Source of the DNA: a virus
Length of the DNA: 42,728 nt
Strand: one strand, 5' to 3'
Virus record (IMG/VR): IMGVR_UViG_3300012793_000001
Location: 1-42,728 of that record
Made by a program: the position numbers and the translations under genes. Shown here in pieces: positions 7,987-14,826 of this stretch. Each line of letters opens with the position of its first letter. Positions within the stretch are counted from its first letter, which is position 1. The notes under the pieces were generated by a model, which saw nothing but the letters and a program-made list of their open reading frames with translations, did not search any database and was not told the origin of the DNA.

Positions 7987-8397
7987 ATGTCAATTTATGA
8001 CGCAGTGATAATGCTGTTCCCTTTGTTTAACAAGTATTCTTTTTATATTTCAGTTTTTTTGTTTTTCTTTTGGCTCTACAAAAGAAATAGTAAAAAATAT
8101 ATGAAGAGAGTTGAAAATAAAGCTAAAATACAGTATTTACAAAGAGTTTTTGATATCCATAAATACAATGAAGAAAATCCAAACCATATGGTCCAGATAA
8201 CTTCGAGCTGGCTAGACATTTACAAATATAAGATTTCTCAAACTGATAACACTTTGTTACTTTCGTTAGTCTTTGCTTACATTTCGTTTAATTCAAAATC
8301 GTTCACTGAGAATACTAGCGAGGATTTTTTCAAGTTTTTAACTATTTCTACAACGCTATTCCTATCTGGCATAACATATATAAAACAAAGAAAATAG
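7987..8397 (+). CDS. Membrane protein (136 aa, about 4 hydrophobic segments), encoded opposite to the early operon
   Basis: Hydrophobic stretches AVIMLFPLF, FYISVFLFFFWLY, LLLSLVFAYISF and ISTTLFLSGITYI. Uses the same promoter/RBS cassette as the 5420 gene. Confidence 0.65.
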   Translation: MSIYDAVIMLFPLFNKYSFYISVFLFFFWLYKRNSKKYMKRVENKAKIQYLQRVFDIHKYNEENPNHMVQITSSWLDIYKYKISQTDNTLLLSLVFAYISFNSKSFTENTSEDFFKFLTISTTLFLSGITYIKQRK

Positions 8398-8602
8398 CAG
8401 CCAATATTTTAGATGGAGATATCTTCCTTGGCATGAATTCAACAAGAATCTTGGGAGTCTGCATATTCTCATCATGAGTGATATTGATATACCGAACTCT
8501 GTACTTTTGGTCGAAATATTTCAGACTTTCTCTAATTTCATCTTCATCTTCAATTCGGCACTTGAGCGTAACCAACATGGTTTCTTTGAATGCTTTTACC
8601 AA
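8348..8602 (-). CDS. Hypothetical protein (84 aa, TTG start)
   Basis: AAGGAG lies 10 nt upstream of TTG 8602. Its 3' end overlaps the convergent 7987..8397 gene by 50 nt. Confidence 0.5.
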   Translation of the reverse strand: MVKAFKETMLVTLKCRIEDEDEIRESLKYFDQKYRVRYINITHDENMQTPKILVEFMPRKISPSKILAAIFFVLYMLCQIGIAL

Positions 8603-8612
8603 TTTATACCTT

Positions 8613-8633
8613 CTCCTTTCTTTGGTATAATTT
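8613..8633 (+). promoter_or_regulatory. Promoter cassette copy 3 (orphan): TGgTATAAT (TATAAT 8626..8631) pointing antisense into the xis-like and cro-like genes
   Basis: 8611..8632 is 22/22 identical to 7941..7962. No RBS or credible plus-strand ORF follows. Confidence 0.45.
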
Positions 8634-8642
8634 CCTTATCAG

Positions 8643-8882
8643 TCAGCGGTGCTTCCCGATCCCGATTTTGTGTTCTTCCATAAAAGCATCGATATCTCGA
8701 ACATCATATTTTGGGTTGCTCTCATCATCAAATACGATTTGCTTCAGTCCTCGCTTAATCCATGCATTCATAGTCTTTGGACTTGTCCCAGCGTAGATAC
8801 AAGCCTCACGCTGATTCAGGTATCGCTTAGGAACGTACTTTTTCAAAATAAGTTGAATAGTTTTTTCATCAATATCCGGCAT
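8643..8882 (-). CDS. Excisionase-like / MerR-type HTH DNA-binding protein (79 aa)
   Basis: YLNQREACIYAGTSPKTMNAWIKRG is an HTH_17-like motif. Second gene of the early operon. Confidence 0.6.
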   Translation of the reverse strand: MPDIDEKTIQLILKKYVPKRYLNQREACIYAGTSPKTMNAWIKRGLKQIVFDDESNPKYDVRDIDAFMEEHKIGIGKHR

Positions 8883-8897
8883 GGTCTCCCTCCTATC

Positions 8898-9101
8898 TCA
8901 AAGTTCATACATCGCTATAATCGAATCGATAATCTTGTTAGCTTCGGCGGATGTTCTCTTGCCATTTAAAATTAAAGACAGGTAGCTCTTATCGATTCCA
9001 AATCTGTCTGCAAGCATCTTGTATGTTAGGAAATTTGAATTTTCAACATATGTTTTGATTTTTTCTCTATCTTTTTGGGTAATTTCCGCAATATCAGCCA
9101 T
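8898..9101 (-). CDS. Cro-like XRE-family HTH regulator (67 aa)
   Basis: YKMLADRFGIDKSYLSLILNGKR HTH. It is the first gene, divergent from the repressor gene across the switch region. Confidence 0.75.
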   Translation of the reverse strand: MADIAEITQKDREKIKTYVENSNFLTYKMLADRFGIDKSYLSLILNGKRTSAEANKIIDSIIAMYEL

Positions 9102-9123
9102 ACTAAAACTCCTTTCTCATTTA

Positions 9124-9144
9124 CTTGTAAACAAATTTAACAAC
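9124..9144. promoter_or_regulatory. 21-bp operator-like element, left copy (cttgtaaacaaatttaacaac)
   Basis: Its reverse complement matches 9284..9304 at 20 of 21 positions. Confidence 0.5.
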
Positions 9145-9160
9145 AATTATCTAAACTATG

Positions 9161-9189
9161 TTGACTTTATTAGATTAATAATCTATACT
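9161..9189 (+). promoter_or_regulatory. Rightward promoter TTGACT-17-TATACT toward the repressor operon. The 15-bp palindrome TAGATTAaTAATCTA (9171..9185) lies in its spacer and -10 region
   Basis: Hexamers and spacing read directly. The palindrome is perfect 7-1-7. Confidence 0.6.
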
Positions 9190-9283
9190 GAATGCATAGT
9201 TAAATAAGACATAAACAATTGATTTTAAAAGCTTTCTTGGCGGTTGGCATTTAATCATCAATGGTGTTTTTGTTGTCTGTTTG

Positions 9284-9304
9284 GTTGTTAAACTTGTTTA
9301 CAAG
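9284..9304. promoter_or_regulatory. 21-bp operator-like element, right copy (gttgttaaacttgtttacaag), covering the predicted start site of the leftward promoter
   Basis: Inverted copy of 9124..9144. Confidence 0.5.
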
Positions 9305-9308
9305 ACAT

Positions 9309-9337
9309 AGTATAGATTAATAATATATATAAGTCAA
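9309..9337 (-). promoter_or_regulatory. Leftward promoter TTGACT-17-TATACT toward the cro-like early operon
   Basis: On the minus strand: TTGACT (9337..9332), a 17-nt spacer and TATACT (9314..9309). The spacer shares tagattaataat with the rightward promoter. Confidence 0.6.
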
Positions 9338-9397
9338 CTATATTTACATTATTTATCTAAACTTTTTTTGTAAGCATTCAGAAAGGTTGGTTTATCG

Positions 9398-9766
9398 ATG
9401 AATACTTACGAAATAATAAAGGAATTAGCAAAAGAAAAAGGAATATCCATTAGACAGCTCGAAATGAATTTCGGGTATTCGAATGGATATTTAGGAAGTT
9501 GGAAAAGACAAACTCCTAACTCTATCGAATTAGCTCGTTTAGCTGATTACTTTGGAGTCTCTGTAGATTACCTCTTGGGAAGAACAGATACACCTCAAAA
9601 TGTAGAAAATAAAGATGAATATGATGACTTAGTCATGATGTTTCGCAAAAATGAAATGGAAATACCTGAAGATAGACGTGATGAGTATAGACGCGAAGTG
9701 GAGAAATTGATGGATTTTGTTAAATTCACAATGAAAGAATTAGACGAAAAGAACAAAAATAAGTAG
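9398..9766 (+). CDS. XRE-family phage repressor (CI/ImmR-like)
   Basis: N-terminal HTH IKELAKEKGISIRQLEMNFGYSNGYLGSWKR...LARLADYFGVSVDYLLGR. Immediately followed by an ImmA-like protease gene. Confidence 0.85.
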   Translation: MNTYEIIKELAKEKGISIRQLEMNFGYSNGYLGSWKRQTPNSIELARLADYFGVSVDYLLGRTDTPQNVENKDEYDDLVMMFRKNEMEIPEDRRDEYRREVEKLMDFVKFTMKELDEKNKNK

Positions 9767-9775
9767 GTGTAGTTG

Positions 9776-10453
9776 ATGGATTTTGAATTGTCGGAGCGTA
9801 TCGAAAACAATAACGTGCTAATTAATAGATTTTTATTAGAAAATGATATAAACCCTATCGAATATAATTGGGAAATGTATTTTAAAAAATTTATAACTGA
9901 TAGAAAAATCGAGTTTATAAATACCCCTCCCAGATTATCCCTAGATTTTTATTCTGGATTCACAGTTAAAAGTAAATATACGACAGCAATTTTTATTAAT
10001 CCGAATATGGTTAAAGCTCGTCAGCGTTTTAGTGCTGCCCACGAGACGGACCACATCATCTATGATTTTGATGATAGTCAGCCTACTCAAAAATTTTTTA
10101 ACGTAGAAGAAAATACGGCTTTCTATACTGCAGAAGAACTCAAAGTTGAAGCGTTAGCAAATGCAGGAGCTGGAGTTAAAATGCTTCCTGATATAACAAT
10201 AGTAAAATTTATGGAGACAGACATCTCTTTCTGCAAAATGGCAGATATTTTAGGATTATCTTATCCAGCTTTATATACCAGGTTAGTACAATTCTGCCAA
10301 ACTACATTGAACTTAAATGGTTCATCAGCGACGTCACTTGTTCAAAGGTTTCAGTATAATAAAAATGATAAATATTTTATAAATCAACGTCTTTCTGGTT
10401 GGGGAAATACAAAGAAAAAAGAAATCGAATATACCTATCAGAACAGTTTATAA
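9776..10453 (+). CDS. ImmA/IrrE-family zinc metalloprotease (anti-repressor protease)
   Basis: HExxH motif (AAHETDHIIYD) and the conserved pairing with an XRE repressor. Start set to ATG 9776. Confidence 0.8.
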   Translation: MDFELSERIENNNVLINRFLLENDINPIEYNWEMYFKKFITDRKIEFINTPPRLSLDFYSGFTVKSKYTTAIFINPNMVKARQRFSAAHETDHIIYDFDDSQPTQKFFNVEENTAFYTAEELKVEALANAGAGVKMLPDITIVKFMETDISFCKMADILGLSYPALYTRLVQFCQTTLNLNGSSATSLVQRFQYNKNDKYFINQRLSGWGNTKKKEIEYTYQNSL

Positions 10454-10544
10454 AAAACACCCCTACCGAAGTTACAGCTTCGATAAGGGCAACTCATTTC
10501 TGAGAGATTACAAAATTATTATATCAAAGAAATGAGGAAAAGAA

Positions 10545-11429
10545 ATGAAAAAAGTAGTATATGGCTTGCTATTTGTTACTTTAGTGCTTTCAGGCTGTGG
10601 CGGTCAAGGTGGCGACGGTGGTGATGTTGAAGAATCTAGTTCTTCGTCAACGATTGCCGTATCCTCTAGCAAAGAAGAAGTAATTGAGTTTAGTGTATAC
10701 CAACCTCAACATTACTTGGAAAACAACAATTTTAACTTATCTGGAAAAGCTGATCCAGAAAGTAAAATCACTGTAAATCAAGGCAATGAATTAGTAAAAG
10801 AAATAGAACCAACAGCCTCTGGTTCATTTAGCATGACAGCTCCACTTCCAGAAACGGAAGATACCACATACGAAGTATCAAATGGAAAAGAAACGAAAAC
10901 AGTGATTGTAAAGTCAAAGGCGACATTAGAGAAAGTTGCTGCAGAGGCCGAAGCAACTAGAAAGAAACAACAGCAAGAGAAAGAAGAAGCTGATAAAAAA
11001 GCTGCTGAAGAAGCAGCAGCGAAAGAACAAGCGGAAAAAGAAGCTGCTGAAAAACAAAAAAAAGAGGCTGAAGAGGCTGCAAGAAAAGCTGCCGAAGAAG
11101 AAAGAGCTAGTTATGATACTGGAATCACATACGAAAACTTAGCGAGAAACCCTGATACTTATTTAGCTGAAAAAGTTAAGTTTTCTGGAAGAATAATTCA
11201 AGTGATGAAAGGTGAAGAACACTCTCAGTTCCGTTTTGCAGTTGACGATAATTATGACCAAGTACTGTATATTGAAATATCGGAAGATCAACTATCAAAC
11301 AATCGTCTTCTAGAAGATGACTATATTACTATCAGAGGCACCTCTTATGGAGAATACACTTATACTTCTGCTTTAGGTGGAGAAATAACTGTTCCCGGAG
11401 TAGTAGTTGATTCATTTGAATTAAATTAA
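10545..11429 (+). CDS. Lipoprotein with an A/E/K-rich coiled linker and a C-terminal beta-rich domain. Candidate superinfection-exclusion protein
   Basis: Signal peptide plus lipobox (LVLSGC). Located between the repressor/ImmA genes and int. Confidence 0.75.
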   Translation: MKKVVYGLLFVTLVLSGCGGQGGDGGDVEESSSSSTIAVSSSKEEVIEFSVYQPQHYLENNNFNLSGKADPESKITVNQGNELVKEIEPTASGSFSMTAPLPETEDTTYEVSNGKETKTVIVKSKATLEKVAAEAEATRKKQQQEKEEADKKAAEEAAAKEQAEKEAAEKQKKEAEEAARKAAEEERASYDTGITYENLARNPDTYLAEKVKFSGRIIQVMKGEEHSQFRFAVDDNYDQVLYIEISEDQLSNNRLLEDDYITIRGTSYGEYTYTSALGGEITVPGVVVDSFELN

Positions 11430-11431
11430 AC

Positions 11432-11471
11432 AAAAAAACACGCCCCTCTTTCCTGATAGTCAGGGGGCGTG
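11432..11471 (-). terminator. Stem-loop (CACGCCCC/GGGGCGTG, 8 bp) whose T-tract is on the minus strand
   Basis: Plus strand reads aaaaaaaCACGCCCC-n17-GGGGCGTGcaaac. A U-tract exists only for a minus-strand transcript. Confidence 0.45.
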
Positions 11472-11530
11472 CAAACAGAAAATAACCAATAGGTTACGCC
11501 TATTGTAACAAATTCTAGGAGTTGAAGCAA

Positions 11531-12664
11531 TTGGCTAAGAAAGAACAGGATATCCGAATAAAAGAATACGTCAAAAAAAATGGCGAAAAAGCTTATATGT
11601 TTAAGCTGTATCTTGGCATTGATCAAGACACCAAAAAACCAATCCGCACTACAAGACGCGGCTTTAGAACTCAAAGAGAAGCACGTTTAGCAATCGCTGA
11701 TTTAGAACTAAACGGATTATCAAAACCAGAGTCTGAACCACAAATGATTCATACCTATGAACAGATATATAATCTATGGTATGAGGAATACAAAACAACA
11801 GTTAAAGCTTCAACGTTACTAAAAACAGAGCGAGTTTTCAAAAATCATATACTTCCAGCATTTGGTAATAAACCTATACAAGACATCAAACCGATGGATG
11901 CACAGAATCAAATGAATATTTGGCACAAGAAGCTTGTGCGTGCAAGCATGGTTATGAATTATGCTGGATTGGTATTTGATTACGCAATAAGAATGCAATT
12001 GATCAATATGAATCCAACAAAAGTGATTAAGAAGCCTGTAAGGAAGGAATCTGTTAGAGAAGACAAAGATATGAATTTCTATGACAAAGATGAGTTGAAG
12101 AAATTTATGGCAGCTTTAGAAAACAACAACAATTTTAGAGCTTTTGTATATTTTCGTTTGTTAGCATTTACCGGAATGCGCAAAGGAGAATCATTAGCGC
12201 TGAAATGGTCTGATATCGATTTGGAAAAACAAACATTATACATAAACAAGGCTGTTTCGAGAAGTGCAACAGGGCTTTATATTCAAACGCCAAAAACTCC
12301 TTCTTCTATTCGAAGAATCTCAATTGATGACAAAACTGTGTCTATATTACAAGAGTACAAAAAAGAGTCTCCAGATGGTTTAGTCTTTCAAAGTGAAGAT
12401 GGAGGAATATTATCGCCTGCTAAACCGAGAAAATGGTACCTAACTGCCATGAAAAACTTGCCGGATGATTTCAAACAGATATCTATTCATGGCTTTCGTC
12501 ACACACATGCATCATTATTATTTGAAGCCGGTGCTTCTATTAAAGACGTTCAATCAAGGCTTGGTCATTCTGACATCCAAACTACAATGGATGTATATAC
12601 CCACGTATCAAAAACAGCAAAAGAGCAGTTAGCAAATAGGTTTAATAATTACGTTGACTTTTAA
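11531..12664 (+). CDS. int: Tyrosine integrase
   Basis: TGMRKGESLAL (catalytic R), HGFRHTHASLL (HxxR) and LGHSDIQTTMDVYTHV (catalytic Y). Start moved to TTG 11531, 9 nt after AGGAG. Confidence 0.92.
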   Translation: MAKKEQDIRIKEYVKKNGEKAYMFKLYLGIDQDTKKPIRTTRRGFRTQREARLAIADLELNGLSKPESEPQMIHTYEQIYNLWYEEYKTTVKASTLLKTERVFKNHILPAFGNKPIQDIKPMDAQNQMNIWHKKLVRASMVMNYAGLVFDYAIRMQLINMNPTKVIKKPVRKESVREDKDMNFYDKDELKKFMAALENNNNFRAFVYFRLLAFTGMRKGESLALKWSDIDLEKQTLYINKAVSRSATGLYIQTPKTPSSIRRISIDDKTVSILQEYKKESPDGLVFQSEDGGILSPAKPRKWYLTAMKNLPDDFKQISIHGFRHTHASLLFEAGASIKDVQSRLGHSDIQTTMDVYTHVSKTAKEQLANRFNNYVDF

Positions 12665-12668
12665 TCGT

Positions 12669-12688
12669 GGTAGTCAAAATGGTAGTCA
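12669..12688 (+). repeat. Arm-type repeats GGTAGTCA x2 (12669 and 12681, 12-nt phase), putative integrase arm sites on the P arm
   Basis: Direct reading. The same octamer recurs three times at 12864..12894. Confidence 0.5.
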
Positions 12689-12720
12689 TTTCTAAAGAAG
12701 CATTGTTCTATCAATAAAAA

Positions 12721-12740
12721 TGCGACTCCCGCCATCTCCA
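12721..12740 (+). other. Candidate attP core: tgCGACTCCCGCCATCTCCA resembles the T-loop/T-stem, 3' acceptor strand and discriminator of a tmRNA (ssrA) gene
   Basis: The pattern is a partial T-loop (CGACT), 5 nt of T-stem (CCCGC), 7 nt of acceptor strand (CATCTCC) and A. Firmicute ssrA genes end ...TTCGAxTCCCGCCxTCTCCA(CCA). There is no 5' half, so this is a fragment and not a gene. Confidence 0.45.
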
Positions 12741-12778
12741 TAGACTAAAATCGAGAAGATTTTCGTAGTTTTTCCTGA

Positions 12779-12820
12779 GAGGTAGAAACCCTATTACACA
12801 GAGGTTTCTACCTCTTTTTT
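12779..12820 (+). terminator. Strong intrinsic terminator (perfect 12-bp stem GAGGTAGAAACC/GGTTTCTACCTC followed by TTTTTT), flanked by the 17-bp direct repeat TTTTCGTAGTTTTTCCT (12760..12776 and 12843..12859)
   Basis: Read directly. Confidence 0.85.
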
Positions 12821-12863
12821 GGTGTTCAAGCTATAGAAAAGCTTTTCGTAGTTTTTCCTTTTT

Positions 12864-12894
12864 AGTAGTCAAATGGTAGTCAAAATGGTAGTCA
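12864..12894 (+). repeat. Arm-type repeats (A/G)GTAGTCA x3 (12864, 12875, 12887; 11-12-nt phase), putative integrase arm sites on the P' arm
   Basis: Direct reading. Helically phased copies of the motif seen at 12669..12688. Confidence 0.5.
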
Positions 12895-12961
12895 ATTATC
12901 ATCATCAAACCAATTTATTTTCCTCGCTTATCCTAGATTGATTTTTTTATTTCCTGTTCGC

Positions 12962-12990
12962 TTTACAAACAGAACAAACGTTCGTATACT
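12962..12990 (+). promoter_or_regulatory. Promoter TTTACA-17-TATACT with a LexA (Cheo-type) SOS box aGAACaaacGTTCg (12971..12984) in the spacer
   Basis: GAAC-N4-GTTC matches the Gram-positive LexA/DinR consensus CGAAC-N4-GTTCG. It lies 22 nt upstream of the polymerase start codon. Confidence 0.7.
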
Positions 12991-13011
12991 TTCCTTAAGG
13001 AGTGAGCTATT

Positions 13012-14376
13012 ATGGGAAGTTTTCGATACGAACTTGAGCCCAAACGTGACATTCTTTTTATTGATGTAAAATCATTTTATGCTTCAGTTGAATGTGTTCA
13101 ACGTGGATTTCACCCAATGAAGACCATGTTGGTTGTCATGTCTCAATCTGATAATACAGGAAATGGGTTAGTCTTGGCTGCTTCGCCACTGGCAAAAAAG
13201 AAGTTAGGCATTTCAAATGTTACTCGTGCTGATAATTTACCAAACCATCCTTTATTGTTCAAGGTCCCTCCACGCATGAACTTATATATAAAAGAAAATT
13301 TGAAAGTAAACAACGTATTTAGAAAATATGTAGCCGATGAGGATCTACTCCTCTACTCTATTGATGAATCAATGATGGACGTAACTAAATCACTGAACTT
13401 GTTTGTCCCAGACAAAAGTTTGTCTCGAAGCGAAAGACGATGGCGACTAGCTAAGATGATTCAACGTGATGTCTATGACACGACAAAACTTTATGTGACT
13501 GTTGGTATTGGAGATAATCCTCTTTTGGCCAAACTAGCATTAGACAACGAATCGAAGCATAATAAATCACTTATTGCGGAATGGACCTATCAAGACGTGG
13601 AAAGTAAAGTTTGGAACATCTCTCCTATCACAGAATTTTGGGGCATTGGATCACGCACACAAAAACGACTTGAGCGAATGGGAATAGAAACGATAGAACA
13701 GCTCGCAAAGGCTAACCCCGATTTGTTGCGAAGTAGAATGGGGATCATAGGAGAACAGTTATACCATCATGCGAATGGAATTGATCGGACGATTATTTCT
13801 GAGCCAGCTCCTCAAATCAGAGATAAAAGTTATGGTAATAGCCAGGTACTAAATAGAAACTACTATCTACATGATGAAATAGAAATTGTCATCAAGGAAA
13901 TGGCTGAACAGGTTGCTGCACGTATTCGCAGACATCATTGCCAAACACAATGTATTCATCTTTATATTGGTGTTGCTTTTGGAGAAACACAAAAAGGATT
14001 CTCTAGACAAATGACTGTCCCACCAACAAATAACACAAAAGTATTGGTCTCGCACGCACTGTTCCTATTTCGTAAATATTATACTGGCCAAGTGGTTCGT
14101 CACGTTGGTATCACTTTTTCAAAATTAATTTACACATCAAGTGTTCAGCTTGATTTATTTGCTGATGCTGAGGACCAGATAAAGCAAATAAAACTGGATA
14201 AAATCATCGATAAGATACGTGAGAAGTACGGATTTACTTCTATCGTTCATGCCAACAGCAAGCTCGATGGCGCTCGTGCGATTGCAAGAAGTAAGCTAGT
14301 CGGTGGACACGCTGGTGGTATGGATGGAATATCTGATGAAGGGACTGATAAAAATAAACATCATAAGTCTGTATGA
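13012..14376 (+). CDS. Y-family (UmuC/DinB/UvrX-like) translesion DNA polymerase
   Basis: ILFIDVKSFYASVE, LYSIDESMMDVT and VGIGDNPLLAKLA motifs of the IMS/Y-family palm domain. GGAG RBS. Confidence 0.9.
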   Translation: MGSFRYELEPKRDILFIDVKSFYASVECVQRGFHPMKTMLVVMSQSDNTGNGLVLAASPLAKKKLGISNVTRADNLPNHPLLFKVPPRMNLYIKENLKVNNVFRKYVADEDLLLYSIDESMMDVTKSLNLFVPDKSLSRSERRWRLAKMIQRDVYDTTKLYVTVGIGDNPLLAKLALDNESKHNKSLIAEWTYQDVESKVWNISPITEFWGIGSRTQKRLERMGIETIEQLAKANPDLLRSRMGIIGEQLYHHANGIDRTIISEPAPQIRDKSYGNSQVLNRNYYLHDEIEIVIKEMAEQVAARIRRHHCQTQCIHLYIGVAFGETQKGFSRQMTVPPTNNTKVLVSHALFLFRKYYTGQVVRHVGITFSKLIYTSSVQLDLFADAEDQIKQIKLDKIIDKIREKYGFTSIVHANSKLDGARAIARSKLVGGHAGGMDGISDEGTDKNKHHKSV

Positions 14377-14540
14377 GCAAGGCTACATTTCCTATTCAGA
14401 GTTTATTCAGGAGTTTCCAGATTCAATTTCCGAATCTCAAGAATGTCTTTTCGGTACAAAGTGCGTTGAGTTTTATGTTGATGTTACTTTAGGTAAAACT
14501 GATTTTAATTACTTTGTACAAGATTATGGAGGCGATCACC

Positions 14541-14801
14541 ATGAAATCATTGAAAGGTGTAGTTTCGAAAATACGAGTGTTGAAGATGAGCAAGACCCCT
14601 TTGGTGCGGTTCTCGATTAATGGTATAAATTGCCTTATTGCTGCCCACAGTTTGAACTTTTTAGTTGACGTTGATGAGGGAATGCAAATCGTGGTTGCTG
14701 GCGAGTATAATGATCGGGAGCAGTTTGTTGTGAAGAAGTATTCGGTGATTGGCAAGACGAAGATTATGATGGTATTTGAAAATTTAATGGCTTATAATTA
14801 A
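14541..14801 (+). CDS. Hypothetical small beta-rich protein (86 aa)
   Basis: ATG 14541 lies 8 nt after GGAGG. I recognise no motif. Confidence 0.55.
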   Translation: MKSLKGVVSKIRVLKMSKTPLVRFSINGINCLIAAHSLNFLVDVDEGMQIVVAGEYNDREQFVVKKYSVIGKTKIMMVFENLMAYN

Positions 14802-14826
14802 TATATTACTTATAGAGGATGGTTTT

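Noticed and set aside
12721-12740. Possible tRNA or tmRNA gene
   Set aside because: Only the last ~18-20 nt of such a gene are present. There is no 5' acceptor strand, D-arm or anticodon arm upstream. It is interpreted as an attP core fragment instead.
14373-14492. 39-codon ORF whose ATG overlaps the polymerase stop (ATGA)
   Set aside because: The coupling geometry is attractive, but the peptide is short and low in information, and I cannot assess its conservation. That is not enough evidence to call it.
14303-14620. 105-aa ORF overlapping the polymerase 3' end and the next gene, considered as a YolD-like partner
   Set aside because: It has no convincing RBS at any of its start codons. It overlaps the well-initiated 14541 gene by 80 nt, and I see none of the YolD-family features (for example the N-terminal basic K-W segment). 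It is kept only as an open question in the polymerase finding.
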